Assembly (NCBI GenBank): GCA_041582875.1
Contig: JBFHGX010000001.1
Coordinates: 23,996 to 87,995 of the forward strand
Reading direction: 5' to 3'
DNA length: 64,000 nt
DNA from: Bacteroidales bacterium
Lineage (GTDB): Bacteria > Bacteroidota > Bacteroidia > Bacteroidales > F082
Positions 40,665-48,604 of the stretch are shown one piece after another. A program made the position numbers and the translations under genes. The notes under the pieces are model-generated. The model had not been told where the DNA came from. It saw nothing but the letters and a program-made list of their open reading frames with translations, and did not search any database. Numbering within the stretch: position 1 is the first letter of the stretch; every line of letters begins with the position of its first letter.

Positions 40665-41465
40665 TTAAAAACCTCTCTGTCGCAAAGCCTCGAATACTAC
40701 AATGGCTGTCGAAACTGAAACATTCATCGAGTCAGCATAACCTTTCATAGGGATAATGATATTGGCATCAGCGGCTTGTATCCAGTCTGGTGAAATACCT
40801 GTAGCTTCTGTGCCCATCACTATGGCAGTTGGTAACTTGAAATCTGCAGTATGATAGGGTATTGCAGCTTGCAGGTATGTGCTTAATATTTGAATGTTAT
40901 TTTGTTTCAACATGGTTAACGCTGTTGAATTATCAGTAATCACGGTAGGAACAGTAAACACACATCCAAGTGAAGCCCGAATAGTATTAGGATTGTAAAT
41001 ATCAGTTTTTGGATTACAAATGATAATTGAGTCGATACCTGCCGCATCTGCCGTTCGGTAAATTGCGCCCAGGTTTCCCGGTTTTTCAACTCCTTCCAGA
41101 ACCAAATACAATGGATTTTGGTGTGCAGTGATTCGGGAAATCTCATGTTGCTTCATTCTGGCCAAAACGATTACGCCCCCTGTATTCTCACGGTAAGCCA
41201 TTTTTTCAAAAACATCGGCTGAGACTTCGTAAACAGGTATTTCATTCATGTCAGGTATGAGAACTTGAAGCTTATCAAGGCTAATAATTCTAGGACAGAA
41301 AAAAATGCTTTCAAAAATAAAGTCAGCCATTACTGCCTTTTCGATTTCCTTAAGGCCTTCAACAACAAAGAGTTGTCCCCGAAATCGTACCTGACTTTTT
41401 TGAAGGCGAAGTACATGTTTTAATTTTGGGTTCTGTCGGCTGGTAATGATATCGGTAATGTGCAT
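40665..41465 (-). CDS. TrmH/SpoU-family RNA 2'-O-methyltransferase
   Basis: N-terminal substrate-binding domain plus SPOUT motifs (LEGVEKPGNLGAIYRTA, MGTEATGIS, IPMKGYADSMNVS). Confidence 0.85.
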   Translation of the reverse strand: MHITDIITSRQNPKLKHVLRLQKSQVRFRGQLFVVEGLKEIEKAVMADFIFESIFFCPRIISLDKLQVLIPDMNEIPVYEVSADVFEKMAYRENTGGVIVLARMKQHEISRITAHQNPLYLVLEGVEKPGNLGAIYRTADAAGIDSIIICNPKTDIYNPNTIRASLGCVFTVPTVITDNSTALTMLKQNNIQILSTYLQAAIPYHTADFKLPTAIVMGTEATGISPDWIQAADANIIIPMKGYADSMNVSVSTAIVVFEALRQRGF

Positions 41466-41477
41466 AGTCCAAATATA

Positions 41478-42386
41478 CTACAATACTTTATATTGCTCGT
41501 TGACATTCCCTAAAGGCAAATAAAAAGATTGAGGGGGCTGGTAACTCAATTGCAACAACCGCCCTGTTATGGGATGCTTAAGCTCCATTATATTAGCAGC
41601 CAAACGGATTTGTCGTTTCACTGATCCGTTTGCGCCATATTTTCGGTCACCAACTATCGGGCAGCCGAGATCAGAAAGGTGAAGCCTGATTTGCTTGTTG
41701 CGCCCTTCGATGACCTGAATTTCCAAAACATGATAACTACCTTCCTCCCTTACATATTTGATTGCCGTTTTACCATAATTGGAATTCGGCATTTCCTTAG
41801 CAGAAGCCACCAGGGTTCTTAAACTAGACTCGCGTAACCAGTTAGCCACCTCACAGGTGTCCGTTGAGGGTCTACCCTCAGTAATGGCTATAAGTTTGAT
41901 GGTTACCTGTGGCCATTGCATGGTCATTAGCTGCTGTACTTTTTCCGACTTGGCAAATAACATCAAACCCTCGAGCTCCCGATCCAGCCGTTGTACCACC
42001 AAAAGTCGTGTTTTCTCTTCATTTCTTTTGGTCAGAAACTGCTCCAACGCTTTATGGTATGACTTTTCAGTAGGATGTGAAGAATCAGCTACTGATAAGA
42101 TTCCGGCTGGTTTTAAGGCCACCAAAATGTGGTCATCTTCAAAGTAGATGGCAAAAGGCTGCGATCGCTTGGGGGTTTTAACCTTCTTTTCTTTCTTTTC
42201 AGTGTCAATAACTTCCACAAAATCTCCTGGTTCAAGCATTTCTTTGGGATGGTTTACCAGAGCCTTACCATTCTTTTGAAAAGTGGCATTGGAAATAATT
42301 TGCTTAGCTTTCTGTCTCGATACGCCATGGTACATGTCCATAATTGTATCAAGCAGATTAGCAGCCTTTTTAACCTTGTATTTCAT
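41478..42386 (-). CDS. Pseudouridine synthase, RluA family, with N-terminal S4 domain
   Basis: S4-like N-terminus. Catalytic-Asp motif QRLDRELEGLMLFAKS. KQIRLHL motif. Confidence 0.8.
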   Translation of the reverse strand: MKYKVKKAANLLDTIMDMYHGVSRQKAKQIISNATFQKNGKALVNHPKEMLEPGDFVEVIDTEKKEKKVKTPKRSQPFAIYFEDDHILVALKPAGILSVADSSHPTEKSYHKALEQFLTKRNEEKTRLLVVQRLDRELEGLMLFAKSEKVQQLMTMQWPQVTIKLIAITEGRPSTDTCEVANWLRESSLRTLVASAKEMPNSNYGKTAIKYVREEGSYHVLEIQVIEGRNKQIRLHLSDLGCPIVGDRKYGANGSVKRQIRLAANIMELKHPITGRLLQLSYQPPQSFYLPLGNVNEQYKVL

Positions 42387-42397
42387 GGAGTGGTGAC

Positions 42398-44209
42398 TTA
42401 TACACTAAATTTATTTCCGGCCCGTTTTCGGTCGTGTTCGTTAAGAAGAATCTTACGTAAACGCAACGATCTGGGGGTAATTTCCAAATACTCGTCTTCG
42501 CGAATGATTTCCATATACTCCTCTAGTGAAAATCTAACAGGAGGAGGTAGCAATACTTTATCGTCGGTACCAGAAGCTCTAACGTTGGTTAGCTTTTTGG
42601 TCTTACATACATTTACAACCATGTCCCCTTGCCTACTTGCTTCTCCAATCACCTGACCAGTATACACTTCTTCATTGGCATTTAAGTAAAAACGTCCTCT
42701 ATCACTTAATTTCCAGATGGCATAAGGAATGGCAGGACCTGTTTCCATTGAAATTAATGCACCATTGAGGCGGATTCTGATATCTCCTTTGAGGGGGGCA
42801 AATTCTTTAAAGCGATGTGCAATAATGGCTTCACCTTCAGTAGCTGTCAGAATGGTATTCCTTAGTCCGATAATTGCACGCGAAGGCATGGTAAATTCCA
42901 ACATCATGCGATCATTCTTGGATTCCTGATTGAAAAATTCACCTTTTCGCAGGGTAACAATATCAATCACACGACCTGTAAATTCTTCTGGAACCAAAAC
43001 AGTGAGACTTTCGATAGGCTCATGCTTAACTCCGTCAATTTCTTTAATAATTACCCTGGGTTGTCCCAATTGAAATTCATATCCTTCACGACGCATGGTT
43101 TCTACTAAAATAGAAAGGTGCAGAATTCCTCTGCCAAATACCATGTAACCATCTGAACTTTCAGTTTCTTCAACCCTTAAGGCCAGGTTTTTCTCTATTT
43201 CATGAAACAGCCGATCGCGCAGATGCCTTGAAGTAACATATTTACCTTCCTTACCGAAAAATGGTGAGTTGTTAATGGTGAAAACCATGCTCATGGTAGG
43301 CTCATCAATTTTGATGGCTGGCAACCCTTCTGGGTTTTCAGCATCAGCAACTGTATCCCCAATTTCAAAATCTTCAATACCCATGATGGCTACAATATCA
43401 CCGGCACGAACAGGTACTTTACATTTTTCCTTTCCTAATCCTTCAAATAAATAGAGTTCCTTGATTTTTGATTTTTGTATGGTACCGTCACGTTTTACCA
43501 ACGAAACATGTTGTCCCATTTCAAGTGTTCCCCGAAGCAATTTCCCCACAGCAATTCGACCTACATAGCTAGAGTAATCTAGCGATGTAATCTGCATTTG
43601 GGGAGTGCCTTCAACAAATTTGGCTGGTGGAACATGTTCGATTACCTGATCAAGTAAATAACTCACATTGTCAGTCTCGTTTTTCCAGTCATCTGACATC
43701 CAACCGTTTTTGGATGAGCCATAAATTACAGGAAAATCCAATTGTTCTTCGGTGGCACCTAAATTGAACATCAAATCGAATACGGCTTCGTACACTTCGT
43801 CAGGACGACAATTGGGCTTATCAACTTTATTGATGACAACCAGTGGTTTAAGTCCCAAATCGATGGCTTTTTGAAGAACAAAACGTGTTTGAGGCATTGG
43901 TCCCTCAAAGGCATCCACTAACAGCAATACGCCATCAGCCATATTTAAAACACGCTCTACTTCACCACCAAAATCGGAGTGACCAGGAGTATCAATGATG
44001 TTAATTTTAACATCTTTATATCGAACAGATACATTTTTTGATAAAATAGTAATACCACGCTCACGTTCTAAATCGTTATTGTCGAGGATTAAATCCCCCA
44101 TAACTTCGTTTTCACGGAATAGTTTTACTTGGTGTAACATTCTGTCAACCAGTGTTGTCTTTCCGTGGTCGACGTGGGCAATGATAGCAATATTGCGAAT
44201 GGATTTCAT
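42398..44209 (-). CDS. typA: Translational GTPase TypA/BipA
   Basis: G1 AHVDHGKTT, G3 DTPGHSDF, G4 NKVD, and the BipA-specific C-terminal domain. Length 603 aa. Confidence 0.95.
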   Translation of the reverse strand: MKSIRNIAIIAHVDHGKTTLVDRMLHQVKLFRENEVMGDLILDNNDLERERGITILSKNVSVRYKDVKINIIDTPGHSDFGGEVERVLNMADGVLLLVDAFEGPMPQTRFVLQKAIDLGLKPLVVINKVDKPNCRPDEVYEAVFDLMFNLGATEEQLDFPVIYGSSKNGWMSDDWKNETDNVSYLLDQVIEHVPPAKFVEGTPQMQITSLDYSSYVGRIAVGKLLRGTLEMGQHVSLVKRDGTIQKSKIKELYLFEGLGKEKCKVPVRAGDIVAIMGIEDFEIGDTVADAENPEGLPAIKIDEPTMSMVFTINNSPFFGKEGKYVTSRHLRDRLFHEIEKNLALRVEETESSDGYMVFGRGILHLSILVETMRREGYEFQLGQPRVIIKEIDGVKHEPIESLTVLVPEEFTGRVIDIVTLRKGEFFNQESKNDRMMLEFTMPSRAIIGLRNTILTATEGEAIIAHRFKEFAPLKGDIRIRLNGALISMETGPAIPYAIWKLSDRGRFYLNANEEVYTGQVIGEASRQGDMVVNVCKTKKLTNVRASGTDDKVLLPPPVRFSLEEYMEIIREDEYLEITPRSLRLRKILLNEHDRKRAGNKFSV

Positions 44210-44237
44210 GATATTTTTCTAGTTAAAATTGGCCGCG

Positions 44238-44245
44238 CAAAAGTA
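44238..44245 (-). promoter_or_regulatory. Candidate -7 promoter box for typA (TActTTTG on the minus strand)
   Basis: TAnnTTTG match 29 nt upstream of the start. Confidence 0.4.
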
Positions 44246-44282
44246 GTGTTTATTTGCTTAAGTATCTGTAAAGAAACCAAAC

Positions 44283-44309
44283 TCCTTGAAACTTTGTAGT
44301 CATCAAGGA
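44283..44309 (-). terminator. Possible terminator after the alpha/beta hydrolase gene
   Basis: 7-bp stem tccttga/tcaagga. The downstream T-rich tract is imperfect. Confidence 0.4.
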
Positions 44310-44313
44310 TTAT

Positions 44314-45105
44314 TTAGCCAAAGAAGGTAAAAACTTCTTTAACAAAGGTTTGGGCTTGTTCGACATGTAAGCTATGACCTGCGTTGGCAACCACACGCAA
44401 TGTGGCATTAGGAATCATTTTCAAGGATTTCCATGATTCATCTAATGTAAATAGTCTGTCTTTCTCGGCAAGAAGCACCAACACAGGGACTTTTATCTCC
44501 GATACATGTGGTGTGAAATCGAAGTTGATGGCAGCCTCTACCTGCTCGCTAAAAGACTCATGAACAATTGGATAACGGTAACTCAAAGCGCCTACCAGAT
44601 AGGCAGTTACCATGGCAGTTTTTTCAAAAAACTCATCTGAATAAAGCCAGTAAAAAAGGTTTTTATACCACAATTCCATGTCCATCTGATCTTGTAAGTA
44701 TGTTGACCAATCGCGAAATTGGATTTTATTTCTTGCGTTTACTTTTGCCGTTGTGGCAGCAAGAATGCATTGGTTTACCCTTTCAGGATGGCTCAAACAA
44801 AAGTTCATGGCAATCATCCCACCCATGGAATGCCCTAAAATTCTGACACTTTTGAGCTGCAAATGATCGAGTAAAATAACCAGATCTTCTGTCATTTGGT
44901 CGATGGAAATGCTTTGGGGCGCATAAGAAGTGCGACCAACCCCACGATTATCAAATAGTATCAACTGAAACCGCGCGGCCAACTTTTTCTTTACAGTTAA
45001 CCAACTCTGTACATCAGATGCCAAACCTGCTATAAGAACAAGAGGTTCCCCCTTTCCAGTGATTTCGTAGTAAATAGATCCTCCGTTAACATTACAAAAA
45101 GCCAT
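44314..45105 (-). CDS. Alpha/beta-fold hydrolase
   Basis: Nucleophile elbow GHSMGG, oxyanion region LVLIAGL, and C-terminal AGH. Confidence 0.8.
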   Translation of the reverse strand: MAFCNVNGGSIYYEITGKGEPLVLIAGLASDVQSWLTVKKKLAARFQLILFDNRGVGRTSYAPQSISIDQMTEDLVILLDHLQLKSVRILGHSMGGMIAMNFCLSHPERVNQCILAATTAKVNARNKIQFRDWSTYLQDQMDMELWYKNLFYWLYSDEFFEKTAMVTAYLVGALSYRYPIVHESFSEQVEAAINFDFTPHVSEIKVPVLVLLAEKDRLFTLDESWKSLKMIPNATLRVVANAGHSLHVEQAQTFVKEVFTFFG

Positions 45106-45156
45106 GAGTTTATTTTTGTTAAAATATGATTAAAGAAAATCAGGACTGTTGTTTTA

Positions 45157-46152
45157 TTATTTCACTTCGGGTTGATGATACTTCAGATATTGATTGCACC
45201 TAAGTGCTACATTTTCAACGATATTTTCAAAGAAAAAATCGTAATCATACCGATGATAACATGCAGGTCCCATGCTCATATTTAGTTTGCTTGAAATTTC
45301 CTTAGCAGGTGTTGGAATCTCTAATCCACCACCGGGCGTAATCTTAGCGGAGGTAAAGTGCTCAATTCTACCTTCGGTGCCATCAGTAAAAGGAATGATA
45401 GCCATTATATTTTTAAGGGCAGGTACCTCGTTTGTGTCACTTGTCCACGAAAGTGGATTAACACACAATGCGTTTGCCATTAGTGTGGGGGAACTTCCAT
45501 TGGGACCAACGGTATTCCATACCACTAAACCTCCTGTTGTAGCAGGGTTTTGTGCAATACTGATCTTCATTTTGCTCAAATCATCATGGGTGAATGTCCA
45601 GCCCGGCATGTAGGCAGCTACAAGTTGATCGTGATCGATGATATTTGGATTGTCGAGTAAAATGAGTTGCAGTACATAGGAACCCTGACTATGACTGGCC
45701 AATATAAACGGACGGCCTTGGTTTAGGTTCTCAAGGTAATAGGTTAATGCGGCAGTAATATCTTTTACAGGAATAGCAACATACTTTGATTTTTCTTCAT
45801 CGCTAAAACTTAACACTTCAATATTAACTTGGCGATAGCGGGGGGCAAATACATTGCAATGGTCAGAAAAAGCGGCTGTTATTCTGTTGATGGTTCCGGT
45901 ATCGGTAACTTGATTTAGCAGCTGATCATTTAAATCGGCGACATATTTGCCATTGGATGGAGGACCGTATGTAGTAGGGTGAACGAAAAACACATCTACT
46001 TGGTGTTGAATAATTTTGCTTTGAATGGACCAGTTGCTTGAGTTTGCATAATTGGTTGTTTTTTTGTGTTCTTTGGTCAAGTTAGTTTGACCAAGTGTTA
46101 TGTTATATACCATTGTTAAATAAGTAACTAATATTAATAATCTATAATTCAT
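45157..46152 (-). CDS. Secreted DUF3089-like alpha/beta hydrolase (lipase-like)
   Basis: Signal peptide. VFFVHPTTY early motif and nucleophile elbow ASHSQGS, as in the DUF3089 family. Confidence 0.6.
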   Translation of the reverse strand: MNYRLLILVTYLTMVYNITLGQTNLTKEHKKTTNYANSSNWSIQSKIIQHQVDVFFVHPTTYGPPSNGKYVADLNDQLLNQVTDTGTINRITAAFSDHCNVFAPRYRQVNIEVLSFSDEEKSKYVAIPVKDITAALTYYLENLNQGRPFILASHSQGSYVLQLILLDNPNIIDHDQLVAAYMPGWTFTHDDLSKMKISIAQNPATTGGLVVWNTVGPNGSSPTLMANALCVNPLSWTSDTNEVPALKNIMAIIPFTDGTEGRIEHFTSAKITPGGGLEIPTPAKEISSKLNMSMGPACYHRYDYDFFFENIVENVALRCNQYLKYHQPEVK

Positions 46153-46267
46153 CTTATATATATAATTTAGGCTATTTATTTCTAGTAAATCGAACAGTAA
46201 CCGATAAGCACAAGTTTCATTTTGCTAAATAAAATGTTATAATAATAGAATACGTTCTACCCGTTTA

Positions 46268-46275
46268 CAAAAATA
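46268..46275 (-). promoter_or_regulatory. Candidate -7 promoter box (TAttTTTG on the minus strand) for the DUF3089 gene
   Basis: TAnnTTTG match about 115 nt upstream of the start at 46152. Confidence 0.25.
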
Positions 46276-46565
46276 CGATAATCTGTTTCGAAAGCTAAGA
46301 ATTGTGAGGAAAGGTGGTGTTTGCTATCAGATTTCTTTTTGATAATCTTTGACGGTAGTAAATTGAATGAATTGCAAGTGAGGGTTAATGGCCTCTTTAG
46401 AAACGACTCATTTTTTTTTTAATATTTGTAGACAAAAGAACACAAAGCGCATATAAACGAAATGATGCTGCCAGCAACCAGTTCATTTTACCGAAGAGAG
46501 TTTCCATTCACCGAAAGAAAGCTGCTGTCGGCCTAAATAATCTTTCAATTTGGGCTTTACGACCG

Positions 46566-46573
46566 TAAATTTG
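46566..46573 (+). promoter_or_regulatory. Candidate -7 promoter box (TAaaTTTG) for the small repeat-motif protein
   Basis: TAnnTTTG match 31 nt upstream of the ATG at 46604. Confidence 0.4.
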
Positions 46574-46603
46574 CTTTAAAGTTGAACAAAAAACCACATT
46601 ACC

Positions 46604-46921
46604 ATGAAAACTTTAACGCTCATACTAATCGCCACTACGCTGACACTCACCTTTATTTCAACAGATACTAATGCCAAAGGTCTGATGCCCCTTCCTGAAG
46701 AATCGTATATTGAAGATATCCCTTTCAACACCGAAGCTATTTTTGAATGTTTTGTTGTTTCTGAATTAAAAAGGAATTGTTGTATGCTCAATGAGGAGTA
46801 TATTGATGATATTCCTTTCGATACAGAGCAAATTGCCCGTGAAAATGAATTGATGCTAACTCCGGTTTTTGAAATGGAGGATGAGCCTACCATTGACGAT
46901 TTACCTCATGGGATTTTATAA
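46604..46921 (+). CDS. Small secreted acidic protein with a reiterated EEYI(E/D)DIPF(N/D)TE motif
   Basis: Signal peptide (..TFISTDTNA). A promoter box lies upstream and a strong terminator downstream on this strand. The internal repeat is visible at protein and DNA level. Confidence 0.55.
   Translation: MKTLTLILIATTLTLTFISTDTNAKGLMPLPEESYIEDIPFNTEAIFECFVVSELKRNCCMLNEEYIDDIPFDTEQIARENELMLTPVFEMEDEPTIDDLPHGIL
46697..46912 (+). repeat. Three in-frame motif copies: EESYIEDIPFNTE (46697..46735), NEEYIDDIPFDTE (46790..46828), and degenerate EDEPTIDDLPHG (46877..46912)
   Basis: Copies 1 and 2 also align at DNA level (tatattga.gatat.cctttc.a.ac.ga). Confidence 0.7.
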
Positions 46922-46924
46922 GGC

Positions 46925-46961
46925 AAAAAAAAAGAGGAGCAAAATTTGCTCCTCTTTTTTT
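46925..46961. terminator. Bidirectional rho-independent terminator
   Basis: A-run, then stem agaggagc/gctcctct, then T-run, between convergent genes. Confidence 0.85.
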
Positions 46962-46972
46962 CGGATTTCGTT

Positions 46973-47749
46973 TTAGCATTTATTCGCTTGCATATATCGC
47001 TTGATTACCTCACTCCAGTTAATTACTGAAAAGAAATTGTCAATATATGACCCTCTTTTATTTTGATAACGCAAATAATAGGCGTGCTCCCAAACATCCA
47101 TACATAAAATAGGGCTACCCTGTTCTTCACTATCATTCATCAAAGGATTATTCTGATTGGCTGTTGATGAAATAAACAAATTTCCATCCTTATCAACACT
47201 TAACCAAGCCCAACCACTTCCAAATCGTGAAGCTCCCGTAACGGCGAATTGCTTTTTAAAGGCATCAAACGAACCAAAGCTCTTGTCGATGGCTGCTGCA
47301 AGCATTCCGGCATATTTCTGCATTTCTTCGGAAGGTGAGGTTCCCCAAAATTGATCATGATTAAAATGTCCATTACTAAGATTTTTCAATTCAGCCGGAG
47401 AAACTCCTCCATTGGGTGACATGATAGTCCAAAACATGGCATGATTGTAATAACCACCAGCATTGTTCCTAACAGCATCAGGGTATTTATCCATGTTGGC
47501 AAAAATCTCCTCCATCGACATGTATTCCAAATCAGTTCCTTCAATGGATTTTAAGAATTTGGTGTAATAACCACGGTAGTGGCGATCGTAGTGGATTTCC
47601 ATGGTCTCCTTATCAATTGCTTTTTCAAGCGCATCATAGGCATATGGCAATGGAGCCATTTCATGTTTTACTTTGTCTTTAGACTCATTTTGAGCCTGTG
47701 TTGTGAACAGTGCGCTTAATACAAACGCGATGACCATAATATTTTTCAT
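46973..47749 (-). CDS. Fe/Mn superoxide dismutase with signal peptide and an internal insertion
   Basis: LPYAYDALE, MEIH, and DVWEHAYYL with metal ligands. The N-terminal signal peptide is MKNIMVIAFVLSALFTTQAQ. At 258 aa it exceeds the roughly 200 aa typical of the family. Confidence 0.9.
   Translation of the reverse strand: MKNIMVIAFVLSALFTTQAQNESKDKVKHEMAPLPYAYDALEKAIDKETMEIHYDRHYRGYYTKFLKSIEGTDLEYMSMEEIFANMDKYPDAVRNNAGGYYNHAMFWTIMSPNGGVSPAELKNLSNGHFNHDQFWGTSPSEEMQKYAGMLAAAIDKSFGSFDAFKKQFAVTGASRFGSGWAWLSVDKDGNLFISSTANQNNPLMNDSEEQGSPILCMDVWEHAYYLRYQNKRGSYIDNFFSVINWSEVIKRYMQANKC
47345..47458 (-). repeat. Intragenic duplication inside the SOD gene with an 84-nt offset
   Basis: 47345..47374 encodes NGHFNHDQFW and 47429..47458 encodes GGYYNHAMFW. 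19 of 30 nt are identical in register. Confidence 0.65.
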
Positions 47750-47920
47750 GATGATAGTTTTAACATGTTGAATTACAATAATTATGTCGTAAAATTAGAA
47801 TAATTCTAAATAACAATTGAGACTTCAATCAAATTTTAAGAAAATTTAATAGGTATTCATTATAATCGGTTTCTGACCTCAGTGTTTGCAACAAATAACC
47901 CTCTTAAATACCATATTGTA

Positions 47921-47928
47921 TATATTTG
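47921..47928 (+). promoter_or_regulatory. Candidate -7 promoter box (TAtaTTTG)
   Basis: TAnnTTTG match 16 nt upstream of the TTG start at 47944. Confidence 0.3.
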
Positions 47929-47943
47929 TCAAAAATTTAGCGA

Positions 47944-48474
47944 TTGAAACAATTCGGTTCCATATGGCTTCTTATTCTTTTGGTTTTGCCCTTTGCTGGT
48001 ACATATATCTGGCTTCAGGTTGAAAAAAATCAAGTAAGGAAATCGGTAAAACAACAAATGATAGCCGGATTAGACGAAAGTAGATTGGTTAAATTGGTGT
48101 TTACGCATGAAGAGGCAAAAGTAATGCTCCATTGGGAGCACAGCAAGGAATTCGAATTCAACGGACAACTATACGATGTGGTTCGGCAACAATATGGAGC
48201 CTCTTTAGTTACCTTTTGGTGTTTTCCGGATCATGCTGAAACGCGTTTACAAAAACAGCTAACAACCTTGCTAAGAATAAATCTTCAAAAAGACACACAA
48301 CGACAGGAAAAGCAATCACAAGTGAGGCATTTTTATAAGAACCTGTTTTATTCTTACAACAGGGATACTCATTTGTATACTATGGCAATGAAGGTTGATT
48401 ATTTTTTTTACAACCAAAATCACCCAGGACCGCCCTATATTTCATCTCCGTCTCCTCCTCCCCGATCTGTTTAA
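47944..48474 (+). CDS. Hypothetical single-pass membrane protein
   Basis: A TTG start gives an intact N-terminal TM helix (IWLLILLVLPFAGTYIWL). Pro-rich C-terminus. Located upstream of a TBDR. Confidence 0.45.
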   Translation: MKQFGSIWLLILLVLPFAGTYIWLQVEKNQVRKSVKQQMIAGLDESRLVKLVFTHEEAKVMLHWEHSKEFEFNGQLYDVVRQQYGASLVTFWCFPDHAETRLQKQLTTLLRINLQKDTQRQEKQSQVRHFYKNLFYSYNRDTHLYTMAMKVDYFFYNQNHPGPPYISSPSPPPRSV

Positions 48475-48604
48475 ATGACATTTTTGGATATGTAATCCAA
48501 ATTATTGCTTCTCCGATGGTTAATTAATCAACCAATTGGGGCATAACTATTTGATAGTTTAATGTTCATTTAAAAAAAACCATCCATGGATGGACGAGAA
48601 ATAC

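Noticed and set aside
42129-42656. 175-aa plus-strand ORF spanning the junction between the pseudouridine synthase and typA genes
   Set aside because: It is antisense to two well-supported genes and has no motif.
46390-46540. Short ORFs in the long intergenic gap (24 aa on plus at 46462..46536; 36 aa on minus ending near the A10 run)
   Set aside because: They are too short and featureless to call from sequence alone. They are mentioned only under the intergenic-region finding.
46576-46893. 105-aa minus-strand ORF mirroring the small repeat-motif gene
   Set aside because: The plus-strand frame has a signal peptide, the reiterated motif, an upstream TAnnTTTG box and a downstream terminator. 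The minus-strand product is Ser/Ile-rich and has no start context.
48475-48604. Riboswitch upstream of the TonB-dependent receptor
   Set aside because: The leader is only about 115 nt, and I could not recognise cobalamin, TPP or other riboswitch core sequences.
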